Shown here: positions 12,396 to 23,997 of the stretch, one piece after another | Position numbering within the stretch: the first letter of the stretch is position 1 | How the letters are laid out: each line of letters starts with the position of its first letter | Assembly: GCF_006345805.1 (NCBI RefSeq) | Contig: NC_043013.1 | Coordinates: forward strand, 16,802,001 to 16,866,000 | From: Octopus sinensis | Taxonomy: Eukaryota | Length of the DNA stretch: 64,000 nucleotides | Reading direction: 5' to 3' | The notes under the pieces: model-generated | Databases searched by the model: none | Told to the model about the DNA's origin: nothing | The model's input: the letters and a program-made list of their open reading frames with translations, nothing else | Made by a program: the position numbers and the translations under genes

Positions 12396-13472
12396 GAGAG
12401 AGAGAGAGAGAGTCGCATACATGCAATAACACACACAGAGTTATACACATACACATGCACAACGCTACGTCTGACACGCTGACACTTCTTTAAAGTTCAC
12501 CCTCTTCGACTCAATTCTCAATGTTTCTTCACTCTGTTGTTATTATTATTGTTGCTCTTTTTCTTCTTCTTCCTCTTCTTCTCCTTCTTCTTCTTCTTTT
12601 CATCATCACCATCATTATCGTCACCACCATTGTCCTCCTACTCCTCCTCTTTCATTTGCTCTTTCTCCTTCATTTTTGCCTCCTCCTCATTTTTTCTCCT
12701 CCTTCTCCTCTTCCTCCTCCTCCTTCCCTTTCTTCATTATAACCAGCATGTGTGTGGTTTGTCTTTTTTCTTTCTTTGACTGCTACTGTGTTTTTTGTGT
12801 TGTCATTGTTGTGTTCGTTGTCGTATTTCATAGATTTTGATAATGATGATGGTGGAAAAAACTAAAACAAACGCATGACCTTTTATCTTCCCATTTCTTT
12901 GCACCCCACCCCTTCCAGTAATCTATTATAATCATTGGCAGTTTGTCTCTCCTCTCTTTTTGTTTATACGTCCCACAAAGGAAGATAATCCTGATTTTAT
13001 CGTATTTATCTCCCTTAGTTAGGTTATCCTAAACTAGTGTTATTCACGTACGACAACGTTCAGGTTTATATACTCTGGCCATTGCGGATAACATTAGGTG
13101 ATGTCATATAGTTAATTATCGATAAGTAACTAAAATCACAGTTACTAATAAAATACGTTTATTTTAGATATACGAAATTGGAAATTCCGCTTTAATTGTA
13201 TTTTAATTTAAATATTTTTATTTTGAAAATTATATAAATTTCATTAGTATTCATTCACCATAAAATTTGGGGAGAGAAAAATAAAACAATAAATACCGAA
13301 TTTATGTAACAAAACATATTACAACCCGATGTAAAAAAATATATACATTTCCACCGTTAACCGCCATATTACGACTAACACTTGAGTCTTTACAATAGAC
13401 ACGTCGACTTTTAACTTAATTTTAAAATTCTAAATTTTCTTTTTTTTTTTTTCAATTTTATTCATGCTACAG

Positions 13473-13604
13473 CCAGCATTTCTCCAAGTCCCAACTGTGG
13501 AGGTTTGAAGTGTCAAAATGGAGGCACATGTGTGACAGCCAATGAAACATTTTTTTGTTATTGTAGTCCGAGTTTTTATGGTGACCGATGCGAAAGTTCA
13601 CGAG
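13473..13604 (+). CDS. EGF-ZP exon: EGF-like domain (SISPSPNCGGLKCQNGGTCVTANETFFCYCSPSFYGDRCESSR)
   Basis: Classic CxNGGTC...CxCxxxFxGxxC motif; 132-bp symmetric phase 1-1 exon, CTACAG acceptor, GTGAGT donor. Not in the ORF track. Confidence 0.92.
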
Positions 13605-13991
13605 GTGAGTAAATCTACTTCTTCATTTCTAAAGAATTCTTGCTTCTTCAACGTCAATAAATATTGGGTTGTCCGGAAAGTTCGTGCCGATTTTTAAAGG
13701 AAAGAAAGAGGTCAATAAATACTGGCCGTTACGTTTTTTAATCAACCAAATATGAACCATTTTGTTGCACAATGCGTCTCCATCTTTCCTTAAACTTGAA
13801 AATACCCTCTTCCCAGAATTGAGATGGTTTCATGGCAAAGAATTCATCAAGGTATCTTTTTACGTCATCCAAAGAATTGAAATTTTTACCATTAAGACTA
13901 TTCTGCAGAGTTAAGCTACTACAAATCGGCACGAACTTTCCAGACAACCCAATATTTCTGTTATCTTTTCCTCATAGCATATGTATTTTTA

Positions 13992-14044
<53 letters not shown>

Positions 14045-16047
14045 TGTGTGTGTGTGTATGTGTGTGTCCTTTCCCCGTTTCTAAAATGAACGCCTAATAA
14101 CATTGTATGGGATTTTCTCAAGGGTTTACCATCGTTTTGTTTTATTTTGTTTCGTTTTCCCCAGTTGCCGTCGACTGCCAAAGCACACAGATGTCCATAA
14201 AAATCGCTCCTTTCGGACAATTCACCGGGAAAATATTCGTGAAAGATTTCGAAGATAATCCGAACTGTTCTTTCAACAATATGGGAGACGTGTGGGAACT
14301 TAATTTGGATTACTTTTCAGGATGTGGAGCCGGGATTGAAGGTCAAACTGTTTTCAGCGATATTCCAAAGGTAAGTCAGGTCAATAACGTATTGCAGAAA
14401 ATAACCACATCCTTCTTATTGTCAATATAATATCACCTATTGATACTGATAGTTTATTAATAGAGATATAGTTTTGATACATATTGATAAACCTATTTAC
14501 ATTTAAATATTAATAATTAACTCTTAATTTGCTATTGACGGAGATGACTGTTGCTGTTGTTATTATCTAGCTAAAGTTATCCATAACTGAGCAAACCTAT
14601 AATCAAAGGTATTCCAGCTATATCCATCTCGTTTCTCTCTCAGGCATTGGGTATCTCGTCCCTTTTTAATGTGAGCTTTATTTTGAGAGAAATTTGGTTG
14701 CTTTTTCTAGCAACTCGAATGAAGAGGTTCTTTCGTCGTCCTCGTCATTTTGTTATTTTTGTTGTTGTTGTTGTTGCTATTGCTGCTGCTGTTGTTTAGC
14801 CCCAAGTCACACGTGGTAGGCAGATCTTTCACCAAAAGTATTCTAGTTGTGACCATGCCGCTTCTTCCCTTTTCATTCATTTTTTATTTATTTATTTATT
14901 TATTTTTGTCCGAACACAGTTTACCAAGTGTGCTCTTCCCTTTTAATACGATGAGATATGATATGAGAGGTGGACGCGCAATGGCCCAGTGGTTAGGATC
15001 GCAGTTTCGATTCCCAGACCAGGCGTTGTGTGTGTTTATTGAGCGAAAACACCTAAAAGCTCCACAAGGGCTGGTGGCGACCCCTGTTGTACTCTTTAGC
15101 CCCAACCTTCTCTCACTCTCTCTCTTCCTGTTTCTTGAGTAACGCTGCAGTGGGCTGGCGTCCTGTCCAGCTGGGGGGGGGGGACATATACACCTCAGAA
15201 GCCGGGAAACCGGACCCATAAGCCTGGCTAGGCTTGAAAAGGGCGCATAAAAAATGATAGAGAGATTTGGCAACTATTTCTAACATACAGATTTTGCCGT
15301 TGGATTGCTCTCTCTTTGTTAGACCATTGCAGGGCGCGCAACAACAGCGATGCATCAGGCAGAAAAACGGCCATAAACATCACACAACCTCGTTCTCTTT
15401 CTTCTCCCTTTGCTTGTGTGGCCCTTTTTATGTCTGAATAAAAAATCCTTACCGATATAAATGATATCATCTTTTTTTTAAACTTGCGTCCACTTTATTC
15501 CTTTTACAGATCGGTGATGTGTCGTTTAAGCGGGAAATCGTGGTACTCTACAACCAAGACATCATGAACAGTTTCGATGAGTTGCACACAGTCAGCTGCC
15601 AACATAACCTCAAGATGGTTATTGACCCGATGTCTATGACTTCCAATGTTGTCGAAGAGTGAGTCGACATGAAATTCTATCCAATATGTGATAATTAGAC
15701 AAAACTATTAGACAACCAAAATTTATTCAAATATACAATCTGTATGAGAGACTGTACTTTAAGGGGGAAAAAATCAATTCTGGCATCAAATGAAATATTA
15801 GAAGTTCATTGTGTATAAATGGGTCGGTTGGATTTACGTGGTGCCAAAGTTCTCGAAAGTGTCTCTGTTTTTTTTTTCAACTTCGAGAATTTAACTTTCA
15901 TTAGCTGAACATAAAAGAGTAATTGTCCTTGTAGAGTCAAATATATTCTTTATTACTGATGTGGAATTGGTGAATTGCCAGAATCAATAGACTTCCAAAC
16001 AAAAGTATTCTGCAGCCTAAACACACACATAAACACTCGTACGTCTG

Positions 16048-16124
<77 letters not shown>

Positions 16125-17034
16125 ACTCTCATACACACACACACACATTGGATTGTAAGATAGATTTGTTTGTTATTGTTGTTGTTTTTTTTCATTTATT
16201 TTAATCCCCATCTTTCATCAACAATTTTAACAATTCAGTCAATAAGATATTCTTTGTTGTTCAAGACTTCTTACCAACGTCCCCCTCGCTTGTCAATGTC
16301 TTGACGGTAGAAATTAACGTGTCGTGACAAGAATTCATTGAGCCACGTTTTCCACTCCACATTGTTGTTAAACAAAACACCTTGCAGACTAACGGACAGC
16401 GAAAGTAAAAGATAATAATCTGAAGGTGCTATATCAGGAATAAAATTTCCAACCAAGCTATTGAACAGCACTTTTGGTCAAATTTGCAACGTGGAGGCGA
16501 GAGTTGTGTTGTGACTTGGGTTCTTTCATCTGGATTTTTTCGTTGGACCTTACTTATCGAGTGAAAATGGTGGGTGATGTATCATGAGGGCATTCCATCT
16601 ACTGGTCCATTTCCCAAGTAGACTGGTGCAGATCTTCGTGGATGATGTCGTTAAATAGATGTACTTATAAGGCCGAATTTGTCCCCGTTGGAGGACAAAT
16701 TTCCGTGCAGTTCTTTCAGTAATAGTATAAATGTCTCGAGCGGCTTTGGAAACAATGGCACCTATGGAACCTTGATTGAAAAAGATGGCACCCCATTGTC
16801 GTATATGTGAAAAGCTGTAAAATTTCTTCGCATTTCAAAAGTGATAAACAAAAGTAATAAAGTAAGAATAAAGCTACATAAAAAACACTACGATAAAAAT
16901 AGTTTTCGTGTTGATTCAAATCGTAACATTGGAAAGAAATGAACGAATTTACCTGGCAACCCTACACACACGCACACACACACACACACACACAAACACA
17001 CATACATACATACATACATATATACATACATACA

Positions 17035-17080
<46 letters not shown>

Positions 17081-17652
17081 TGAGTAGACAAATGACTATA
17101 TTCCGCCATTACTAAGTCCAAATGTTAATTAAAATGTTGCCATTCCATTAATTCTAGTTCCAATTTGACCAAGACTGATACCAAGAATATTTACAATCCA
17201 ATTGGATTCGAGATTAAGGACACCAATGGTGATCCGCTGAAGAAAGCCGTGTTTGTAGGAGATCAGGTTCAACTGACTTTTATTTTGTGGGATAATGAAG
17301 GTAATTATGACGTCCCTCTTTCATTTAATTAGTTGTCCTTTTTGTTTGTTTGTTTGTTTTATTTTATTCAAAACTTAGAACATTGACATCTCGGCAGTTT
17401 ATTTTATTTTCGTCGTTGGTTTATACATGCATGCATACATACATACATGCATACATACATACATACATACATACATACATACATACATACATACATACAT
17501 ACATGCATACATACATACATACATACACACATACATACATTAACATACATACATACATGCATGCATGCATACATGCATACATACATACATACATACATAC
17601 ATACATACACACATACATACATACATACATACATACACACACATACATACAT

Positions 17653-17683
<31 letters not shown>

Positions 17684-17768
17684 TACATACATACATACAT
17701 ACATACATACCTACACACATACATACACACATACATACATACATACATACACATACACATACATACAT

Positions 17769-17803
<35 letters not shown>

Positions 17804-18396
17804 TATACATACATACATACATACATACATACATACATACATACATACATACATACATACATACATACATAAAATTTTATTCAAATGATGATTATATTAC
17901 AACTGGCAGTCTCATCGTCTCCAGGGGATATGAAATGTTATCTCTAATGAAGTCCATCGTTTTTATTAGTCTCAGCATTTTTTGCATTGTTTTCCCTAAT
18001 GTTTCAGACTGTTTACAATATTCCCATGTGTGTATGTCCCTTGTGTACGCGCGCACACGTATGTGTGTGTTTATGTGTGTGTGTGGACTTTCATCTTCGA
18101 ATGAACGGTTAAATTAAAACGTGTTTAGTATACTTCTCGTTTATGTACATGTAAACGTACGTTTATAATTAGACTATATGACCATATACTCTTTTACTTG
18201 TTTCATTCATTTGACTGCGGCCATGCTGGAGCACCGCCTTTAGTCGAGCAAATCGACCGCAGGACTTATTCTTTGTAAGCCTAGTTCTCGTTCTATCGGT
18301 CTCTTTTGCCAAACCGCCAAGTTACGGGGACGTAAACACACCAGCATCAGTTATCAAGCGATGTTGGGGAGACAAACACACACACACACACACACG

Positions 18397-18451
<55 letters not shown>

Positions 18452-20810
18452 GACGGGCTTCTTTCAGTTTCCGTCTGCCAAATCCACTCACAAGGCTTTG
18501 GTCGGCCCGAGGCTATAGTAGAAGACACTTGCCCAAGGTGCCGCGCTGTGGGAATGAACCCGGAACCATGTGGTTGGTAAGCAAGCTATAATTACAGCCA
18601 CTCCTATGCCTATATCATTGTCATACTTACAGACGTCTCTTATATATATAAGGGTGGCAGCTTGCAGAATCGTTGGAGCGTCGAGCAAAGTGCTCAGCAT
18701 TTCTTCCGAATTTTTGCGTTCAAATTCCACCCAGACCGACTTTGCCTTTTATGGTTGACAAAATAAATACCAGTAAGCTCTGGACTCGATATAATCGACC
18801 ATCCCACTTCCCTTAAATTGCTGGCCTTGTGCCAAATTTTGTGACCATTGCACGCGAGCGCGTGCACATGTCTTCTATTTATATGTGTATCTTTATTATT
18901 ATTATATTATAAAAGCAATACTGTTTCTTTCGTGCAGTATTCAACGACTTCCACGTAAGTGACTGCGAAGCTTTTGAAGCTGGAGGTGGGCATAGCAGTA
19001 TAAAACTTATCGAGAACAGGTTTGTAACAATTCTATATTATATTTTTTTCTTTTATCAACAACTAATTTTAATTAACGTAAGGTGTACTAGCCATCTGAA
19101 TGTGGCTAGCCACTGGGGGTGGGGTGTTACTGATGCTTTTAGCCCCAGGCGATCAACGTCACCAGATGGACTTTAGACACAATCTCAGTGCCCTTGTGTT
19201 ATTTGCAAAGGGAGGTCATCCTCCAACACAAGGGCACTGAGATTGTGTCTAAAGTCCATCTGGTGACGTTGATCGCCTGGGGCTAAAAGCATCAGTAACA
19301 CCCCACCCCCAGTGGCTAGCCACATTCAGATGGCTAGTACACCTTACGTTGTCGAGCCGTTACTGTTTATATCTCGTTCAGAGATTTATTATTAATTTTA
19401 ATTATCTTAACAAATACGAAGAGACAACTCCGAACCTGTTTTGATATTTTTATGATTTCATCGGCAAAGCTTTAGCCCTCAGCGTGTCTATTGAAGGAGC
19501 GATGAAATAATCATAAAATAAATGTGGGGCTTGGTTTGCTGAGAGTTGAGTATTTGTTCAGGATGCGTGTCATTTTGCACATAAAACCAACTAAAAGATT
19601 CAGTCTAATGAACCATATTTATAATAATAATGAAATTATTGTATACGGTGCTCAGGTGCGCCACATATTTTCATATTGACATTACAAAGGTTACTTGCTG
19701 AAAGCTGTCATGCTGAATGCTAGTAACTAGTATGTGAGAATGTATGTTTGGTGAGAAGAGAAACGTAAGTCTTCGTGCTTGGTGAAGTGGTCTTTGAAAA
19801 CCAGGTCAAACTGACATGACTGTCTGTTGACCAGGAAAACATCTGCTCTCCTCGACCAGCGCTCGCTCTCCTCTCTCTCAATTTATAATCATGATTTGGT
19901 GCGAAACTGTATGGAATTTTCCATTATTCTTAACACCCACTCAAATGCGCCAGTAATTGGTTGAACCATAGACTAGGATCACCTGATATGTCGTGACCAT
20001 CGTGTTACTGAGCTGATGTATGTCATTCTCCATTTGCTTCAATATAATGTAGTCGATATCTTATTTTCATATTTATTTCTTCATTTCACCGCCAGTTGTG
20101 TCAACAAGAATGCGTTCAGCGTCATTGCTGGTGACTTGAAGAAAGATGGCGCCATCCCTATGACAATCTCGCTCCTGATCCGGGCTTTCCGCTTCGTGAA
20201 ATCTCCCGCCGTCTCTTTCCGTTGCAATGTGATTGGGTGCAAACCCGATGATGATACATGCTCTTCTGTAAGTATCAAGTCTTGTTGATGAGCAAACATG
20301 CAAGCATATTTGTATTTGTGTATTTGAAGATGCGTATGTGTTCGTATGTGTATGCATGTTTATCCGTGTGTGCGTGTGTGTACACAATTTTGTGTGCATT
20401 TTCACGTGTTTGCATGTTTATGCATTTACGAGATCTAGCGAAACCCATGAAAATTCCACAATAAAACAAAAAGTTATATATATGAATCTATATAATTCTG
20501 TGTCGCTAACTTCACTTCATTAACAGCATAAGCTTTTTAAGCGCACGAATTCCATCCCTCATATCTTATATGATACAATATCCTGATATAATGTAACGAT
20601 TTAAAACTTGTGATTGAAAATAATTTTAGTAGATACATTTATATACATACTATGGTTGCAACATGTCCGCATTTTCCAGGATATGTCCTGGATTCATGCG
20701 TCAAAATTTGCATCTAGGAAAATTTTTTTAGATTCTCCAAAAGTCCAGAATTTCAGCTTTCATCACATAACAAAATACACACACACACAAACTCACCCCC
20801 ATACACACAC

Positions 20811-20841
<31 letters not shown>

Positions 20842-21761
20842 TATACATATATAATGACTGCTGGAAAGAGCTGTAAGTCAAATTTACTACAATAAAGAAA
20901 TATGTAATGGCCATTATTTATGTCTTATATGTATGTTATTCTTTTATTCTTTTACTTGCAGCCTTTAGTCGAGCAAATCGACCCCCAGGACTTATTCTTT
21001 GTAAGGCTAGTACTTATTTTATCGGTCTCTTTTGCCGAACCACTAAGTTACGGGGACGTAAACACCCCAGCATTGGTTGTCAAGCGATGTTGTTGTTGTT
21101 GATGTTTAATCCAAACCAGTAGAACTATGACCAAAGGCATTCCAACTATGGCCAATCATAGATTTCGTTTTCAGGCATAGTGTATCTAGAACTACATCAC
21201 CTAATATATTCGTTTCAAAAAGACGACAAGGTATATAGTTTGAGGAAAATTTCACTGCTATTCCTAGTAAATCAACCAACTGGGTTTTAACTTCCTCTCT
21301 GACTCATATTACATCATTTTTCTTCTTATCTTCTTCCTCCAACAGTTGTCTTGTAGAGATGGCAGCAATGCTTTTGGTCGTAAACGCAGAGATGTGGACG
21401 GTGTCAGTGGTGCTATAGAATTGACTGATGGAAAAGATCAGAAAACTCTCTCGAAAACTCTTTATGTCAGGGAGCTGAGCATTCAAAATATGTCAAGTAA
21501 GTTAACCATTTGTTTTTCTCTGATTTTAAATCTCCTTTATCGTTTAACTTTTACTCCTTTTGGTCGTTGGACTGTAATCATGCTGGGGCACTCTCTTGAT
21601 GTGTTTGGCCAGACAAATCAACCTTAGTACTTATCCCTTTTAGGCCTGCTTCTTATTCTATAAGTCTCTTTTGCCAAACCCTGAAATTACGGGGAAGTAG
21701 ACAAACCAACATCGGTTGTCAAGCAGTGTGGTGAGGACAAACACAAACACACACACATATA

Positions 21762-21829
<68 letters not shown>

Positions 21830-22867
21830 ATGACTCTATATATATATATTTATATAAATATATATATATTCATTTATGAATTAAAAGCAGCATTAGTATC
21901 ATAAACATTATCAAGGACTCTCCACTTCCCTGTACCACAGCACACCAGCAAACAAGCAAAACACATACACTGAATATGTGTGGTTCATAATATATCTACA
22001 TATATAATTTTGGTAGTCTGCAACTAAAAGAAACCCATCATATATATATATATGTTTTGAAATCATAGTCATGGGGCTGATGCCAGTGCCATCAGACTGA
22101 CACCCATGCCAGTGGCATGTAAGACACACTGTTCAAGCATTGAGCCTCATGTAGGCAGTGACAGGTGACCAAGACCTTTGGTGTAATACCGTGCTTGTGT
22201 AAACCTGTCAAGCCAAGTGAGACCATAGTCATGGCCAATGCCGATACCACTACACTCTCAGAGTGGTTGGCATTGGGGAGGAGCATTCAGCCATAGAAAC
22301 CTTGCCAAATAGGATCAGAACTTGGTGGAGCTCCCTAGCTTACCAGTTTTCACTTAAACCATCCAATCTATGTCAGCAAGGAAAGTAGACATTAAATGAT
22401 GATGATGATGATTATATATATATACACTAGCAGTAATACCCATTGTTTATCAGGTAATTACTTTTACTCTTTGTCAGGAGCCACATTCAAAGTGTTATTA
22501 TATATATATTGATTTACTCCTCCTGTATGTGTGTATTTTATAAGAAAAAATCATGTAAAAAGTGAAGTAGAAAAAAGATCAGTTTCATACATGAACTTCT
22601 GTTTGTTTATTATATGACCATAATGAGTTGTATGTGTTATTTCATATATCAATACAGTAATGGCAATTATATAATACACAATGCTTTGGTCAGCATGGAG
22701 CTGTAATGAAAGAGAATGGCCCAACATGCTGCACAGAAGTTGAAAATTTTTTGGGGCCCATGGCACTCCATGAACCCTATGTAATGCATGTGTAAAATTT
22801 CATTAAAATTGGTTGGGTGGATCTCAAGTTTTAATGACATGAAAAACACACAGACAGACACACATCT

Positions 22868-22899
<32 letters not shown>

Positions 22900-23997
22900 T
22901 GTATGTATATACATATATACAATAGGCTTCTTTCAGTTTCAGACTACCAAATTTACTCTCAAAGCTTTGGTTGGCCTGAGGCTAGAGTGGAAGACACTTG
23001 CCGCATGTTCCATGCAGTAGGATTGAACCCAGGACCAATACTCTTCTGTAACTTAAATGATATGTGGCTTTCTACCTACTTTTGAAAATTTATTAGAATG
23101 GTGGTGAGCTGGTAAAATCGTTTGAGCATTATATTACAGTATTTCATCTGGCTCTTTACTTTGCAAGTTCAAATCCTGCCTGGGTCATCTTTGCCTTTTA
23201 TCCTTTTAGGGGTCAATAAAATAATGTACCTGTGAATTACTGGGATCAATGTAATCGACTTAATCATTCCCCTAAATTTGAAGCCATTATTATTATTGTT
23301 GTTGCTAAGGTGGTGAGCTGGCAGAATCATTAGTAAGCTGGACAAAGTGCTTAGCGGTATTTCATCCATCCTTACATTCTGAGTTCAAATTCCACTGAGG
23401 TCAACTTTGCCTTTCATCCTTCAGGGTCAATAAAATAAGTGCCGGTTAAGTACTGGCATCAATGTAATCAACTTAGCCCCTCCCTCCAAATTACTGGCCT
23501 TGTGCTCATGTTAGAAAGGCTTATTATTATTGTTGTTGTTATTATTAAGAGGGCAAGTAGATAGAATCATTTGAATGCTGGTAAATTCCTTATGGTATGA
23601 CATTTCAAGTTCAAATTCTGCTCAAGTCAAATTTGACTTTCATCCTTTGTAATCGATAAAATAAAGTACCAGTCGAGTACTGCAGTACCAATGTAATCAT
23701 CTAACTCCATTCTTCTTGAAATTGCTGGCCTTGTACCAACATCTAAGCAATTACTGTTTTTTTGTTTTTGAATTTTTTTTCTTTCCAGCCATGACTCCAC
23801 CTGACGACTGTCTGGCCAAAAACGAGTTCATCACCATGATTACATGTCTAGGAGCTGTGGTTTTAGTTCTTCTCATTCTCTGTGGAGTACTCATCTACTT
23901 GGTTCGACGCAAGCGCACTGAGAAAGACTACAATGGAGAAGCACCACAAAAATCTATGGGAATTGTGGATTTCAAGATTCCTCGTGTAACAAACTAA
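13473..23997 (+). CDS. EGF-like + ZP-domain type I membrane protein (EGF-ZP family), spliced join(13473-13604,14165-14370,15510-15658,17158-17300,18938-19019,20096-20267,21346-21496,23789-23997); 5' end not identified
   Basis: All introns are GT-AG with matching phases (1,0,2,1,2,0,1). The 1244 nt form one open frame to TAA at 23995-23997. It encodes a 6-Cys EGF motif, ZP-N (4 Cys), ZP-C (6 Cys), RKRR furin site, hydrophobic TM segment and basic stop-transfer RRKR. Confidence 0.9.
13664..13952 (-). mobile_element. Internally deleted mariner element (MITE) in an EGF-ZP intron
   Basis: 30-bp TIRs TTGGGTTGTC(C/T)GGAAAGTTCGTGCCGATTT with 1 mismatch, TA TSDs at 13662-63 and 13953-54; retains the mariner C-terminus (LNGKNFNSLDDVKRYLDEFF...GIFKFKERWRRIVQQNGSY). 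Confidence 0.92.
14165..14370 (+). CDS. EGF-ZP exon: start of ZP-N (VAVDCQSTQMSIKI...GCGAG...DIPK)
   Basis: Part of ORF 14107-14430; CCCCAG acceptor, AAG|GTAAGT donor; V-x-C...F-x-G-x-I-F-V...C...C pattern of ZP-N. Confidence 0.9.
15510..15658 (+). CDS. EGF-ZP exon: end of ZP-N (IGDVSFKREIVVLYNQDIMNSFDELHTVSCQH...)
   Basis: TTTTACAG acceptor, GTGAGT donor, open frame, fourth ZP-N Cys. Confidence 0.88.
16250..16962 (-). pseudogene. Decayed mariner transposon remnant
   Basis: ORF 16271-16471 has IAPSDYYL...GVLFNN...WLNEF; TIR-like GGGTTGCCAGGTAAATTCGTTCATTT at ~16937-16962. Confidence 0.75.
17158..17300 (+). CDS. EGF-ZP exon: linker and start of ZP-C (...AVFVGDQVQLTFILWDNE)
   Basis: TTCTAG acceptor, G|GTAATT donor; VxVGDxVxL motif typical of the ZP-C start; phases match neighbours. 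Confidence 0.88.
17420..17870. repeat. ~450-bp compound (CATA)n/(CA)n microsatellite
   Basis: Read directly; source of several spurious ORFs. Confidence 0.97.
18188..18605 (-). mobile_element. tRNA-headed SINE family A (internal CA/TA microsatellite)
   Basis: Head GGAGTGGCTGT...GGTTCATTCCC with A/B-box-like motifs; body shared with many copies; AAAAGAGT tail. Confidence 0.85.
18938..19019 (+). CDS. EGF-ZP exon: ZP-C (VFNDFHVSDCEAFEAGGGHSSIKLIENS)
   Basis: TTCTTTCGTGCAG acceptor, AG|GTTTGT donor; F-x-V-x-x-C-x-A...LI-x-N-x-C motif completed by the next exon. Confidence 0.85.
19075..19350. repeat. Perfect 126-bp inverted repeat (19075-19200 / 19225-19350) with 24-nt spacer; MITE/foldback-like
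   Basis: The reverse complement of the right arm is identical to the left arm. Confidence 0.95.
20096..20267 (+). CDS. EGF-ZP exon: ZP-C (CVNKNAF...IRAFRFVKSPAVSFRCNVIGCKPDDDTCSS)
   Basis: Part of ORF 20016-20288; AFRF...V-x-F-x-C-x-V-x-x-C ZP-C signature; GCCAG acceptor, GTAAGT donor. Confidence 0.92.
21346..21496 (+). CDS. EGF-ZP exon: last ZP Cys, furin site RKRR, external hydrophobic patch (TLYV)
   Basis: Part of ORF 21346-21627; pyrimidine tract with AACAG acceptor, A|GTAAGT donor. Confidence 0.9.
22040..22412 (+). mobile_element. Older 3'-end copy of the RTE family with (GAT)n tail
   Basis: Degenerate similarity to the RTE 3' UTR, ending ATTAAATGATGATGATGATG. Confidence 0.6.
22427..22875 (-). 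mobile_element. Degenerate Helitron-like element
   Basis: CTAG terminus at 22427-22430 with an adjacent imperfect hairpin; the other end resembles the TATATAA...TGTGTGTCTGTCTG 5' end of the other Helitrons. Confidence 0.5.
23095..23740 (+). mobile_element. Cluster of three older SINE family B copies
   Basis: Repeated GGTGAGCTGG...GTTCAAAT...TTTCATCCTT cores separated by ATT repeats. Confidence 0.75.
23789..23997 (+). CDS. EGF-ZP terminal exon: TM helix and cytoplasmic tail ending DFKIPRVTN*
   Basis: TTTCCAG acceptor; hydrophobic LGAVVLVLLILCGVLIYLV followed by RRKR; stop TAA. Confidence 0.9.

Noticed and set aside
12521-12779. Signal-peptide-like ORF MFLHSVVIIIVALFLLL... upstream of the EGF exon
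   Set aside because: Built from ATT/CTT/CTC microsatellites, with no suitable phase-1 donor after the hydrophobic stretch.
17350-18117. Long ORFs such as the 255-aa HTYI-repeat frame and the many THTH/CVCV/YIYI/SLSL ORFs across the window
   Set aside because: They are translations of (CATA)n, (CA)n, (TA)n and (CT)n microsatellites and show no coding features.
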